Shown: piece after piece, positions 47,244 to 61,400 of the stretch
Layout of the letters: each line of letters opens with the position of its first letter
Numbering within the stretch: the first letter of the stretch is position 1
Origin: Macrostomum hystrix
Lineage: Eukaryota > Animalia > Platyhelminthes
DNA: 64,000 bases
Reading direction: 5' to 3'
Assembly: GCA_950097015.1 (NCBI GenBank)
Contig: CATNEN010000039.1
Coordinates: 8,060,001-8,124,000 of the forward strand
Notes under the pieces: generated by a model
Told to the model about the DNA's origin: nothing
The model's input: the letters and a program-made list of their open reading frames with translations, nothing else
The model's database searches: none
Program-made: the position numbers and the translations under genes

Positions 47244-50200
47244 ATCAGTCTGCTGCGGCGCCTGAATCAAACCGAAGCTGCAATCAAGGCGACACAGGCA
47301 GACGGGGCAGGAGACGGAAGACACGAAGGCTGGCTGAGATACACCAGGAAACAGGTCCAGAAGGTCCTGGTAGCCCTGCGATTCATTAAAGTTCAAAAAG
47401 TCAATGCACAGTTCTGAACTCAAATGAGTAGACTCATGCCGCTTACCTCGTCATTTTTAATTAGCAGCTCATCGCCCAGCATCACCCAATCCAGTGAGTC
47501 CGACTGGGCATCGCTTTCCTGTAGACACGAATGTACTTTTGTTGTGTGAGAAATCTGGGTAGAATTTATGAATTGGGATCTGGGTAGAATGTAAATTGGG
47601 TCTGGGATTAAAGTCGATTATAAACAGGGATCTGGGATCAGAGTAGATTATAAATTGGTATCTGGGATTAGAGCAGATTATAAATTGGTATCTGGGATTA
47701 GAGCAGATTATAAATTGGTATCTGGGATTCGAGCAGATTATAAATTGGGATCTGGGGTTAGAGCAGATTATAAATTGGGATCTGGGATTAGAGCAGAATA
47801 TGAATTGGGATCTGGGATTAGAGTAGAATATAAATTGGGATCTGGGATTAGAGTAGATAATAAATTGGGATCTGGGGTTAGAGCAGATTATAAACTGGGA
47901 TCTGGGATTAGAGTAGAATATAAATTGGGATCTGGGGTTAGAGCAGATTATAAATTGGGATCTGGGGTTAGAGCAGATTATAAACTGGGATCTGGGATTG
48001 GAGTAGAATATAAATTGGGATCTGGGGTTAGAGCAGATTATAAATTGGGATCTGGGGTTAGAGCAGATTATAAATTGGTATCTGGGATTAGAGCAGATTA
48101 TAAATTGGTATCTGGGATTCGAGCAGATTATAAATTGGGATCTGGGGTTAGAGCAGATTATAAATTGGGATCTGGGATTAGAGCAGAATATAAATTGGGA
48201 TATGAGATAAGAGTAGAATATAAATTGGGATCTGGGATTAGAGTAGATTATAAATTGGGATCTGGGATAAGAGTAGAATATAAATTGGGATCTGGGATTA
48301 GAGTAGAATATAAATTGGGATCTGGGATTAGAGTAGAATATAAATTGGGATCTGGGATTAGAGTAGAATATAAATTGGGATCTGGGATTAGAGTATATTA
48401 TAAATTGGGATCTGGGATTAGAGTAGAATAAAAATTGGGATCTGGGATTAGAGTAGAATATAAATTGGGATCTGGGATTAGAGTAGAATATAAATTGGGA
48501 TCTGGGATTAGAGTAGATTATAAATTGGGATCTGGGATTAGAGTAGAATATAAATTGGGATCTGGGATTGGATTATAATTTAAATTGGGATCTGGGATCA
48601 GATTATAATTCAAATTGGGATCTGGGATCAGAGTAGATTGCATTAGAGGGAGATTTAAGCAGCCGCACTCACGCGGGAGGAACTGGCGCGGCCGGCGCCC
48701 ACAGCGGACTCTGAGTCTCTTCGCTGCCCGGCGCTGCATCGGCTGGCCCTGCCGCTGTCGCTTCCCTTTTCGCTCCCAGCCCATCCAGCTGGCGGATTGT
48801 TGTCAGCTGATTCAGCCTCCAGCCTGCCGGCTTGGTGTTCAGAAATGTTCACACTGGAGAGTGGTGCCGCGGCGACGGTGGCGGGGTCGGCAGATGCCGG
48901 AGAACCAATCAGAGGAGCGCTAGCCGAGTGTCTTACGCCGCTGGTGACATTGTCGGCAAAGTTTTCATCATCAACAACTGGCAGCGAAGCCTCGGCACCG
49001 GCGGTGGCTGATGCGGCAGCGGCTGCATTGGCTGCGACGGCGGCGTCAACGGAGGAGGACCAAACGCCTGCCCAGCTGGTGTGATGCTGCTGACGCTGCT
49101 GACGCTGCTGACGAATCCCGGGCTGTGCGCTAGTATATTCTGCTGCCGCCGTAACATTTGCAACGACGGCGGCGGCAGATGTGGATGTAGCCTTCATTGT
49201 TGAATGGCATTAGTAAATCATAAAAATGTTATCATTAATATTTGGTGACAGTTGAACCTTAAACCTCAGCCAGCAAGGTGGCAATTCTGCCCATTCCGCT
49301 GACTCCTGAGCACACAAACACATGGATACTGTACACACACACACCCACACCCTTCTCTCCGCGGCTGCGCCCCAAATGAATGTGGCCTCGCCGCGGAATC
49401 GAGCTCAGGGACCTTGGTGCGAGAGGCGAATGCGTTAGGCCCACCCGCAATGGCATTAACTAAGTCTAGGATAATTAAATCACAGATTTATTCTGAGGCT
49501 AACCAAGGTTGGTGCCACATCGTGCAGGAGCTGCGGCTGCTGACTGGCGTCCACCGAGTCCAGGCCGCAGGGCGGAGCGGACCAGCTGGCTTCGCAGCGA
49601 ACCCGAGCCCGCAGGCTGTTGCCAACAATGGCCGCTGTTGCAGCGGCTGCCGCGGCAGCGTCGGCAGCGGATTCTAACTCATCTTCAACGAGCGTGTCGT
49701 CCAGATGTTGCTGCTGTTGCTGCTGCTGCTGTTGCTGCCGATGTTGACTACGATTAAAATGCTGCTGACGGATCCCGGAGGTCGCCTGACGGCGCCGAAT
49801 CTCGTCCAACTGTTGTCGAATATCGGCAACGGCCCCGTTTAAAATGGAAGCCTCGGCGAGTTGAAACGCCGCGTCAGCGGCGGCCGCTTCGGCAGGAGAT
49901 CGTTCAGCTACTGGCGATGAAACCGAGCGCTGGCGCTGCTGCAGCAGGGCGTTCAAACCCGGATGTACAATGCCGCGATCCGGTCCTGCGAGCTGCTGTT
50001 GACTGTCATGCGGCAGTAGCAGCTGCGGCGCGGCAGACGAAGCCCAGTAGTTAAGGAGGCTGCTGCGAAGATTCAGCATAAATTCGGCTTCGTCTAAAGA
50101 TTTCACCAGCTCAAGGAAGACTGTACGACGCTCCAAATCAAGGATCAGAGCGTTGGCGTAATAGTAACGACACAGCCTATCGCGATCCTGCACAATGGAG

Positions 50201-53200
50201 GCCAGGTAGGAGGACGTGGTGCCTTCATTCAAGCAGGCCCGAACCCAGGCCCTGCAGCAGCCAATCTCGCTGCGCTGATGCTGGGGCCGCTGCAACAGCT
50301 GGAGCTGCAGCTTCTGCGGTATGTAGGCGCGAATAAATTGCCAAAAATTCACGTCGCAATCAGGCGAACCGTTTGGCAGCGGAGACTGATCGCTGCCAGT
50401 GATGAAGCTGGCTATGCGTCGGGCGCCGCGGCCTTTGATGCGGTGAAGGAAGAACGCTTCGACGCAGGAGGCGGCGAGGTTGGTGGACGGATCGCTGGTG
50501 GTTCGGAGTGAAATGGGGTCAATATTGGTGCTTTAAAAGCTTTATTTCCTAAAAAAAATACTTGATCCTTAAGTTTTCTGGTTTCCAAAATTTTACTAAA
50601 TACCCGAGATTTAAATCTATAGACGGTTTTTACAATCCTGAAGTCATTTAAATCCCCTGAAGCTTTTGTCATCCTAAATTCATTTTAATCAAATGAAGCT
50701 TTTTCCATTCTGTAATCACCTGAAGCGTTTTCCATTCTGTAATCACCTGAAGCTTTTTCCATTCTGTAATCACCTGAAGCTTTTTCCATTCTGTAATCAC
50801 TTGAAGCTTTTTCCATTCTGTAATCACCTGAAGCTTATTCCATTCTGTAATCACCTGAAGCTTTTTCCATTCTGTAATCACCTGAAGCTTTTTCCATTCT
50901 GTAATCACCTGAAGCTTTTTCCATTCTGTAATCACCTGAAGCTTTTTCCATTCTGATATTCCCTGAATCTTTCCCATTCAGAAATCTCCTAAAGCTTTTT
51001 CTATTTTGAAATCTCCTGAAGCTTTTTCCATTCTGTAATCACCTGAAGTTTTTTCCATTCTGTAATCCCCTGAAGTTTTTTCCATTCTGTAATCACCTGA
51101 AGAATTTTCCATTCTATAATCCCCTGAAGCTTTTTCTATTCTGTAATCACCTGAAGAATTTTCCATTCTATAATCCCCTGAAGCTTTTTCTATTCTGTAA
51201 TCACCTGAAGCTTTTTCCATTCTGTAATCACCTGAAGCTTTTTCCATTCTGATATTCCCTGAATCTTTCCCATTCGGAAATCTCCTAAAGCTTTTTCCAT
51301 TTTTAAATCTCCTGAAGCTTTTTCCATTCTGTAATCACCTGAAGCGTTTTCCATTCTGTAATCACATGAAGTTTTTTCCATTCTATAATCCCCTGAAGCT
51401 TTTTCTATTCTGTAATCACCTGAAGTTTTTTCCATTCTATAATCCCCTGAAGCGTTTTCCATTCTGTAATCACATGAAGATTTTTCCATTCTATAATCCC
51501 CTGAAGCTTTTTCTATTCTGTAATCACCTGAAGTTTTTTCCATTCTATAATCCCCTGAAGTTTTTTCCATTCTGTAATCACCTGAAGTTTTTTCCATTCT
51601 ATAATCCCCTGAAGCTTTTTCTATTCTGTAATCACCTGAAGTTTTTTCCATTCTATAATCCCCTGAAGTTTCTTTCCTAATAGAATAGAATCTTTCCTAA
51701 TTTCCTTTCATAATAGAAAAAGCTTCAGGGGATTCCCTGTATCCCCTGAAGCTTTTTCCATTCTGTAATCACCTGAAGTTTTTCCATTCTATAATCCCCT
51801 GAAGCTTTTTCCATTCTGTAATCACCTGAAGCTTTTTCCATTCTGTAATCACCTGAAGTTTTCCATTCTATAATCCCCTGAAGCTTTTTCCATTCTATAA
51901 TCACCTGAAGCTTTTTCCATTCTATAATCACCTGAAGCTTTTCCAATCTGTAATCACCTGAAGCTTTTCCATTCTATAATCCCCTGAAGCTTTTTCCATT
52001 CTATAATCCCCTGAAGCTTTTTCCATTCTATAATCACCTGAAGCTTTTCCAATCTGTAATCACCTGAAGCTTTTCCATTTAATAATCCCCTGAAGCTTTT
52101 TCCATTCTATAATCCCCTTAAGCTTTTTCCATTCTATAATCACCTGAAGCTTTTCCAATCTGTAATCACCTGAAGCTTTTCCAATCTGTAATCACCTGAA
52201 GCTTTTCCAATCTGTAATCACCTGAAGCTTTTCCAATCTGTAATCACCTGAAGCTTTTCCAATCTGTAATCACCTGAAGCTTTTACAATCTGTAATCACC
52301 TGAAGCTTTACCATTCTATAATCCCCTGAAGCTTTTTCCATTCTATAATCCCCTGAAGCTTTTTCCATTCTATAATCACCTGAAGCTTTTCCAATCTGTA
52401 ATCACCTGAAGCTTTTTCTATTATGTAATCACCTGAAGCTTTTTCCATTCTGTAATCACCTGAAGCTTTTTCCATTCTGTAATCACCTGAAGCTTTTTCC
52501 ATTCTGATATTCCCTGAATCTTTCCCATTCGGAAATCTCCTAAAGCTTTTTCTATTTTTAAAACTCCTGAAGCTTTTTCCATTCTGTAATCTCCTGAAGC
52601 TTTTTCCATTCTGTAATCACCTGAAGTTTTTCCATTCTATAATCACCTGAAGCTTTTCCAATCTGTAATCACCTGAAGCTTTTCCAATCTGTAATCACCT
52701 GAAGCTTTTCCAATCTGTAATCAACTGAAGCTTTTCCTATCTGTAATCACCTGAAGCTTTTCCAATCTGTAATCACCTGAAGCTTTTCCAATCTGTAATC
52801 ACCTGAAGCTTTTCCAATCTGTAATTCCCTGAAGCTTTTCCAATCTGTAATCACCTGAAGCTTTTCCAATCTGTAATCACCTGAAGCTTTTCCAATCTGT
52901 AATTCCCTGAAGCTTTTCCAATCTGTAATCACCTGAAGCTTTTCCAATCTGTATTCATCTGAAGCTATTTCAAATCAGATTATTATTATTTTACTTTAGA
53001 TCCCAGAATTTTCTGAGTCCAGAATGTTTTTATTCTGAATTCGTAGAACAACTCAGACTAAAAAAGCTACGAGTAACTGCTTTGAGAAAATATTTGCCAA
53101 AAAATAAAAGCTCAGGAAAATGATTTCAAAGTAAAAAAAATTATCCTGGCTACTTACTCATTTATTTCTGCCTCAGGGTGCTCAGCACAAAAGCAAACTA

Positions 53201-53294
53201 TGTCTCGATAAGCTCGCGTTAAAGATCGCAAAATTTCGTCCTTGACCCGATTCTCATTGTACAGCCTGATGTAGGCCTGAGATTCTGACCTCAT
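46527..53294 (-). CDS. PLEKHM1: PLEKHM1-like protein (RUN, LIR and C-terminal Rubicon-homology/zf-RING_9 domain); exons 53294-53158, 50494-49504, about 49190-48660, 47518-47447, about 47375-46527
   Basis: RUN motifs CVEAFFLH, FWQF, GCCRAWVRACLNE and YYYANALILD. LIR-like DSLDWVML. RH motifs YDGRLYCPDC, PRDILNNWDF and HVNSCANC...CWVC...C..C...H..C...CPRC. Middle exon limits are approximate. Confidence 0.8.
47550..48640. repeat. 30-bp minisatellite GAGTAGAATATAAATTGGGATCTGGGATTA
   Basis: About 35 copies, intronic. Confidence 0.97.
49262..49446 (-). mobile_element. SINE family A, internally deleted copy
   Basis: Reverse-complement match to the head and body of family A. Confidence 0.78.
50650..52975. 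repeat. 26-27-bp minisatellite CACCTGAAGCTTTTTCCATTCTGTAAT
   Basis: Long intronic array with re-duplicated degenerate blocks. Confidence 0.97.
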
Positions 53295-53449
53295 GCTGCT
53301 TGAGAATAGCGGCTTGTGATGAAGAACCAAGGAATTCTCTAATTCACAGAGTCACCTAACCGCTCCTGAAGTCAGGGGCGAATCAGCGACACCTGAAAGC
53401 AATCGGAAAGATTGAAATAACAAACTTTTTCTGAGACCGGAAGGCTTTT

Positions 53450-54985
53450 AAATACAGATGGCTTCTAAATACTGAAGGCTTCTAAATACTGAAGGTTTCT
53501 AAATACTGAAGGCTTCTAAATACTGAAGGCTTCTAAATACTGATGGCTTCTAAATACTGATGGCTTCTAAATACTGATGGCTTCTAAATACTGAAGGGTT
53601 CTAAATACTGATGGCTTCTAAATACTGATGGCTTCTAAATACTGAAGGTTTCTAAATACTGAAGGTTTCTAAATACTGAAGGTTTCTAAATACTGAAGGT
53701 TTCTAAATACTGATGGCTTCTAAATACTGAAGGTTTCTAAATACTGATGGCTTCTAAATACTGAAGGTTTCTAAATACTGAAGGCTTCTAAATACTGAAG
53801 GTTTCTAAATACTGATGGCTTCTAAATACTGAAGGTTTCTAAATACTGAAGGTTTCTAAATACTGATGGCTTCTAAATACTGAAGGTTTCTAAATACTGA
53901 TGGCTTCTAAATACTGAAGGTTTCTAAATACTGAAGGCTTCTAAATACTGAAGGTTTCTAAATACTGATGGCTTCTAAATACTGAAGGTTTCTAAATACT
54001 GAAGGCTTCTAAATACTGAAGGCTTCTAAATACTGAAGGTTTCTAAATACTGAAGGCTTCTAAATACTGAAGGCTTCTAAATACTGATGGCTTCTAAATA
54101 CTGATGGCTTCTAAATACTGATGGCTTCTAAATACTGAAGGGTTCTAAATACTGATGGCTTCTAAATACTGATGGCTTCTAAATACTGAAGGTTTCTAAA
54201 TACTGAAGGTTTCTAAATACTGAAGGTTTCTAAATACTGAAGGTTTCTAAATACTGATGGCTTCTAAATACTGAAGGTTTCTAAATACTGATGGCTTCTA
54301 AATACTGAAGGTTTCTAAATACTGAAGGCTTCTAAATACTGAAGGTTTCTAAATACTGATGGCTTCTAAATACTGAAGGTTTCTAAATACTGAAGGTTTC
54401 TAAATACTGATGGCTTCTAAATACTGAAGGTTTCTAAATACTGATGGCTTCTAAATACTGAAGGTTTCTAAATACTGAAGGCTTCTAAATACTGAAGGTT
54501 TCTAAATACTGATGGCTTCTAAATACTGAAGGTTTCTAAATACTGAAGGCTTCTAAATACTGAAGGTTTCTAAAACCTGAAGGCTTCTAAATACTGAAGG
54601 TTTCTAAATACTGAAGGTTTCTAAATACTGAAGGTTTCTAAATACTGAAGGCTTCTAAATACTGAAGGTTTCTAAATACTGAAGGTTTCTAAATACTGAA
54701 GGTTTCTAAATACTGAAGGTTTCTAAATACTGATGGCTTCTAAATACTGAAGGTTTCTAAATACTGAAGGTTTCTAAATACTGAAGGCTTCTAAATACTG
54801 AAGGTTTCTAAAACCTGAAGGCTTCTAAATACTGAAGGTTTCTAAATACTGAAGGTTTCTAAATACTGAAGGCTTCTAAATACTGAAGGTTTCTAAATAC
54901 TGATGGCTTCTAAATACTTAAGGCTTCTAAATACTGAAGGTTTCTAAAACCTGAAGGCTTCTAAATACTGAAGGTTTCTAAATCC
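53450..54985. repeat. 17-bp minisatellite TTCTAAATACTGAAGGT
   Basis: About 90 copies. Confidence 0.97.
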
Positions 54986-55459
54986 GGGTTCTTAACTCTG
55001 AAGGTTGAGCAACTTAAAATAATAATAAACCCGTTATATTAAAAAAGCATAGTTTCAACAAAGGAATTTCAGCAACGAGGAAGACTGATCTGAAAATTGT
55101 CACTTTAAATCTAAAATGAACGGTAGATAAAAATATATTTTTTAATATCTCATTGATAGTATAGTGACCTAAGGCCGAATAAAAAACATTATTGCGATAT
55201 TTGCTTCCGTCCAAAAATGTGCTGTTTAAACGTGTATAAAAAACTGAAAAATCCGATATCATTGACACGTAGAAAGCTATAGAAAAATGTGCAAAATAGG
55301 AAATATTTCACTAATAACAGGATTCTTAGAAACATTTCATAATCAGTTTAACAAATAACTAACAACAGTTACATAATAAATATAATTTTTATACATACAA
55401 ATACAGATGTGCAGTTTTCTAAAAGGCTGGGCAAAAAGTAAACTTAAGACGTAGAGACG

Positions 55460-56005
55460 TAGACAGAGGATGAGAGAAGTAGATAGAGGATGAGAGAAGT
55501 AGATAGAGGATGAGAGAAGTAGATAGAGGATGGGAGAAGTAGATAGAGGATGAGAGAAGTAGATAGAGGATGAGAGAAGTAGATAGAGGATGGGAGAAGT
55601 AGATAGAGGATGAGAGAAGTAGATAGAGGATGAGAGAAGTAGATAGAGGATGGGAGAAGTAGATAGAGGATGAGAGAAGTAGATAGAGGATGAGAGAAGT
55701 AGATAGAGGATGAGAGAAGTAGATAGAGGATGAGAGAAGTAGATAGAGGATGGGAGAAGTAGATAGAGGATGAGAGAAGTAGATAGAGGATGAGAGAAGT
55801 AGATAGAGGATGGGAGAAGTAGATAGAGGATGAGAGAAGTAGATAGAGGATGAGAGAAGTAGATAGAGGATGGGAGAAGTAGATAGAGGATGAGAGAAGT
55901 AGATAGAGGATGAGAGAAGTAGATAGAGGATGGGAGAAGTAGATAGAGGATGAGAGAAGTAAATAGAGGATGAGAGAAGTAGATAGAGGATGACAGAAGT
56001 AGATA
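55460..56005. repeat. 20-bp minisatellite AGATAGAGGATGAGAGAAGT
   Basis: About 27 copies. Confidence 0.97.
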
Positions 56006-56544
56006 TACTTAATCAGTGCAGACCCTAAGCATGTGTAAAAAAAAGAAAAATAGTAAAAAGAAATACTGCTGATTTAAAAAGTAGTGTGTTGGACCACGAT
56101 AAACAAGCAGCCGCCAAGCCATAGAAAACACTGCAATAGTCGCACAATGAGGTTAAAAAATGGGACAAATCAGTTGGCAACCAACAGGACAGCAGCAGAT
56201 AAACAAATCTGATTTGGTTTAATTTGTAAAACAGTATAGAAACAATAACAAATGAGAATATAGAAAACAATCTAATTATGCGTAAAATATTTGTGCGCTA
56301 AAGTAAAATAACTATTAACATGGAAGTAACCAATAGAGAAGGCGAAATTCTGTCGTCCTTTTTTACACTTTTTCGCAATGGGACACGTGACGACACAAAA
56401 GCCACATATAGATAATAATTAAACGCACAATGTACTATAAGAAACTAAATATTATATTGTATAATCTTTATTACTGTTTTTTTTACAAATTAAAAAACTA
56501 ATGCTAATTTTTCCTAATCTTCATTTGCATCCAAAATTGCATAT

Positions 56545-57270
56545 TTCCTTCTCTGTTCCATCTTCCTTTTCTCTGTTCCACCTTTCCTTCTCTCTGTTCC
56601 ATCTTCCTTTTCTCTGTTCCACCTTTCCTTCTCTCTGTTCCATCTTCCTTTTCTCTGTTCCACCTTTCCTTCTCTCTGTTCCATCTTCCTTCTCTCTGTT
56701 CCATTTTTCCTTCTCTCTGTTCCATTTTTCCTTCTCTCTGTTCCATTTTTCCTTCTCTCTGTTCCATCTTCCTTTTCTCTGTTCCACCTTTCCTTCTCTC
56801 TGTTCCATCTTCCTTTTCTCTGTTCCATTTTTCCTTTTCTCTGTTCCATTTTTCCTTTTCTCTGTTCCATTTTTCCTTTTCTCTGTTCCATTTTTCCTTC
56901 TCTCTGTTCCAACTTTCCCTCTCTCTGTTCCATTTTTCCTTCTCTCTGTTCCAACTTTCCCTCTCTCTGTTCCATTTTTCCTTCTCTCTGTTCCAACTTT
57001 CCCTCTCTCTGTTCCATTTTTCCTTTTCTCTGTTGCATTTTTCCTTCTCTCTGTTCCATTTTTCCTTCTCTCAGTTGCATTTTTCCTTCTCTCTGTTCTA
57101 ACTTTCCCTCTCTCGGTTCCATTTTTCCTTTTCTCTGTTCCATTTTTCCTTTTCTCTGTTCCATTTTTCCTTCTCTCTGTTCCATTTTTCCTTTTCTCTG
57201 TTCCATTTTTCCTTCTCTCTGTTCCATTTTTCCTTCTCTCTGTTCTATCTTTCCTTCCCCCTGTTCCACC
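56545..57270. repeat. ~21-bp pyrimidine-rich repeat TCTCTGTTCCATTTTTCCTT
   Basis: Visible array. Confidence 0.95.
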
Positions 57271-57720
57271 CTTCTCACAGTTCTATCGTCCCTTGTTGAC
57301 GATTTTGTTGACTTAAAACACACTGTAATACAACACTTAAACGAAAACAAAACGAAGAAACAGTAAAACAGAAAACAACACGAGCACAAAACGAGCATTC
57401 GAGTAAAAAATGTGCTAACACTGACTAGAATAATTCAAACCTTTCCATTAGAATTTTTTACCTATGTAAAAATATTTGATGAGATAAATATATTGGCACC
57501 GTTGGTAGTTCAGAAAAGTTTCCAGAATTATCCCCACAAGGAATAAATATCCCGTGAAAGTAAATTAGCTTTAGCTTTCCACAATATGAAGCATTGTATT
57601 ACATATTATAAGAATATACATTAAACGCTAGAAGATCATTACAAAGGAATCATCCCATTGAAACAAAATAGGAAAATCCCATTTCATAGGTATAATATTT
57701 AAATGTATTCTATTCCGAAA

Positions 57721-58010
57721 GGCTGAGTGGCAGAGCGGTTAACGTGCTTGCCTCTCGCACCAAGGTCCCTGACCTCGATTCCGCGGCGAGGCCACGTTAA
57801 CTTAGGGCGAAGCCGCTAAGCCAAGGCTTGGGGGCTTGTCGTGCAATTTACGCCCTTGAGGGCCAACCTTCAAGGCACAGTGAGAGTGCACACTGCCTGA
57901 CGGTGAGAAAGGCAGGGCAGATGTACACACCTGTGTGAGTGTGTGCTCAGGAGTCAGCGAAATGAGCGGAGTTAACACTAAATGATGGGCCACAGCCCGT
58001 AGCCCTCCTA
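57721..58010 (+). mobile_element. SINE family A copy
   Basis: GAGTGGCAGAGCGGTTAACG head plus family A body. Confidence 0.83.
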
Positions 58011-58415
58011 AAAATATTTTTCCCGAAATAAATCAAATACCGATTGGAAAATTTAGTCTACGCATTTCTTATCGAAATGCCATCAAAATGCCATCTCATG
58101 ATGCCAGTTCCAAGCATCAAGTTTCTATAGGCAAGCAAACAAAAAACACGACAAGAAACCTAAACAAGACAATAAACAAATAAACAATGAAAGCTACAAC
58201 AGAGACATAAAAATGCTGGGCACAAACTATTTGTTGCTAATTCCAATTTCAAAAAAAGAAAGTTTTGATAATTGAACCACACAATAGCTGTGACAAAAAT
58301 GAAGGTGCAAACAAAAAAAAATAAGATTTTTTATTTGTAGATTCTGTTGACTAGCTTGCTAAGATCAAAAGCAATAATTGAATAAAATATAAACTTAGAA
58401 GACAAACAGGCCACT

Positions 58416-61400
58416 TTAAAAATCTTCATCCCTTCCAAAGCCACCGAAGCCATCGTCGCCGTAGCCGTAGCCGTCGCCGTAGCCATCGCCGTCGCCGTAG
58501 CGATCTTCCTCGGCCTCGGCCAGTTCCCGCTCGGCCAGATCCTCTTCGTCGCGCAGGTCGAACTCGGCATCGCGGCAGTCGTACAAATCGCCGCCGCAGT
58601 CGCCCTGGCAATGACCATCGCTAACGTCGGCGTGCTCAGCGACGTAGAGCTGAAGGTCCTCGTCGTCGGCGCAGCGATCCCTGGCCAAGGCGTCCTCGTC
58701 GTCCATGACTGCGGCGGAATGCTCCAGGTGGCAGTCGTCGAAGTCTTGACAGCACTCGTCAATCTGGTCGCGATCATCGAATCCTCCACCGCGACAGGTC
58801 GACAGACCCGCCATCGTCAGCTGATCCTCGTCGTCACTGCCGACGGCCGCCTCGGCGGCTGCCATCGCCGCCGCTTCAGCCGCATTATCAGCGTCATCTT
58901 TGTCGTGATAGTCGGCAACGGAAGTCAGCTCAGTGCCAGGCGGGCAGGCGCCGCGGCAAGCCGACTCGCCGCTAAAATCTTCGTCGTCAACGTCAGCAGT
59001 CGCCGCTGCATTCGTCGACAATTGGCCGGCGCCAGACTCGTAGGCGAAGTTTTCGACGTCGTTGTAACCAGCGCCGTCGCCAATGTCGTAGAAATCCTGC
59101 AGACTGCCGGCGCAATGCTCAGCGCCAGCGGCTGCGGCAGCTGCGGCGGAGACGGCAGCCAGAGAAGCTCCGAGATCTTCGGCTGTGGTGGCTTCGGCTG
59201 CGACTGCGTCGGAGCGTCGACGCGCGGCGCGTCGGTCCTGCGAGCGTCAATTTGTCCAATGAGAGCCGAATGCGTTTAATTAAAACACACTACTGCAAGT
59301 AGATAAATGCAACTACTCATCATGTTACTAATTATAGATTACTCATTTATGATTGGCTGATATTATTTAAAGATAAAATGTTGAAACCACTGACACACAG
59401 TTAGTTTATTAGCCATGATCGGGGGTTCGATTCTCGACTCCAAAAAACTGTGCCCTTTAGCGAGACGCGTAACTCTGCATAAACTATGTTCACCCAGCTG
59501 TTATAATGGGTACCAGCATTAGCTGGGATAATTGAAGGTGGGTGTGGCGTCCCCCCAGTCCACGGACTGAACAGCTGTACACAGGCTAAATGCTTTTACA
59601 TTTATCAGTATTCGGCTTGTTGATTCGTACAAAGTAGACGCATTAAAAAATCTTGGGGGATTGAGTGGCCGAGCGGTACAACTTTCGCACCGAGGTTCCT
59701 GAGCTCGAATCCGCAGCGAGGCTACCTTCATTCAACGGGGCAATCCGCAAGTTGATCAGACAGTCAGGGCAGATGTACACAGCAGTGTGAGTGTGTGCTC
59801 AGGTGCCAAATAATGATCTAGTACTCACTTGGTCCTCCTCCCAGCGGTCCAGATCATTTCCCAGGTCGCTATTGAACCGCTGATAGGCCCGATTGTACCG
59901 ATGGATGCTGGCACGACTGCCGCAGCCGCTGGGTCCAGCGATGCCACGGAGTCCCCTGGCAGGCAGGCAGTAGCCAATCAGCTCGCGCTCGTCAATGTCC
60001 TGAAACAGAGGACCGCTGGCGCCGGCCCAGCCGTAGCCCCAGGACCAGCCAGCGTCCGGTCCCAGCAGCAGCCCGGTTGCTAGGAGACCACCGGCGGTTA
60101 GCAACGCTTTGCGCTTATCATCGCTGCCGGTGTCGCTTGGCTTAGCAGAGGTGGCCACTTCGTCGTAGGTAGGCGGCGGCTGCCGCTGACGAGCCGGTGA
60201 AGCCGGAGGTGGAGCCGACGGTACAATGTCAACGGCCGGCGACTTTTCAACGGCTGACGAAGGCTTCGAAGGCGCGAGCAATTTTTCGAGAGCTTGCAAG
60301 AATTTGCTGCGGGATTAAACTGGTTAAATAAATAATAGAACAGGTGAGTGAGTGTCACAGTGAAATAAACCAACAGGTGAATCCAGGTTAGAGTGAAATG
60401 ACCGAACAGGTGAATGTCACTGGTGAATTCAGGTGTGAGTGAAAGGATCGAACAGGTGAATGTCCAGGTGAATCCAGGTGAGAGTGAAATGACCTAGCAG
60501 GTGAATATCACAGGTGAATCCAGGTGTGAGTGAAATGACCGAACAGGTTAATCTAACAGGTGAATCCAGGTGAGATTGAAATGATCGAACAGGTGAATGT
60601 CACAGGTGAATCCAGGTGAGATTGAAATGATCGAACAGGTGAATCTAACAGGTGAATCCAGGTGAGATTGAAATGATCGAACAGGTGAATCTAACAGGTG
60701 AATCCAGGTGTAAGTGAAATGACCGAACAGGTGAATCTAACAGGTGAATCCAGGTGAGATTGAAATGATCGAACAGGTGAATGTCACAGGTGAATCCAGG
60801 TGAGATTGAAATGATCGAACAGGTGAATCTAACAGGTGAATCCAGGTGAGATTGAAATGATCGAACAGGTGAATCTAACAGGTGAATCCAGGTGAGATTG
60901 AAATGACCGAACCGGTGAATATAACAGGTGAATCCAGGTGAGAGTGAAATGACCGAGCAGGTGAATATAACAGGTGAACCCAGGTGCGAGTGACATCAAA
61001 TCGCTCACATCAGATGTTTAACATGGTCAAAGCAGAACCAGTGCATCTTGTCGGGCATCGGTTCACACATCATTGGCACGCCAAGCAGCTGATTGAGGTC
61101 AGCGTCGCGTGGCAATTTCGGCGCCTTGGCAAAAGTCTTAGCCATGTGGCCAACGCACATGTACTTGCAGACGGACTGTGGAAATAAAAATCAAGATCGT
61201 GTTGACAATAAAGCTACTGCTTACAATAAGAAACAACGAGTTGCAATTGAGACAATCAAATTCTTACGGATAGTTTAACACTGCCAGTTAGCTTCCTATT
61301 GATCTTGTACCAGCCAAGTGTGCTGTCTGGCATCAGTACCAGGCACACGTCTTTCCATTTTGACATTGACGGAATGGAGGACTCTGCATGCGGCGGGTCA

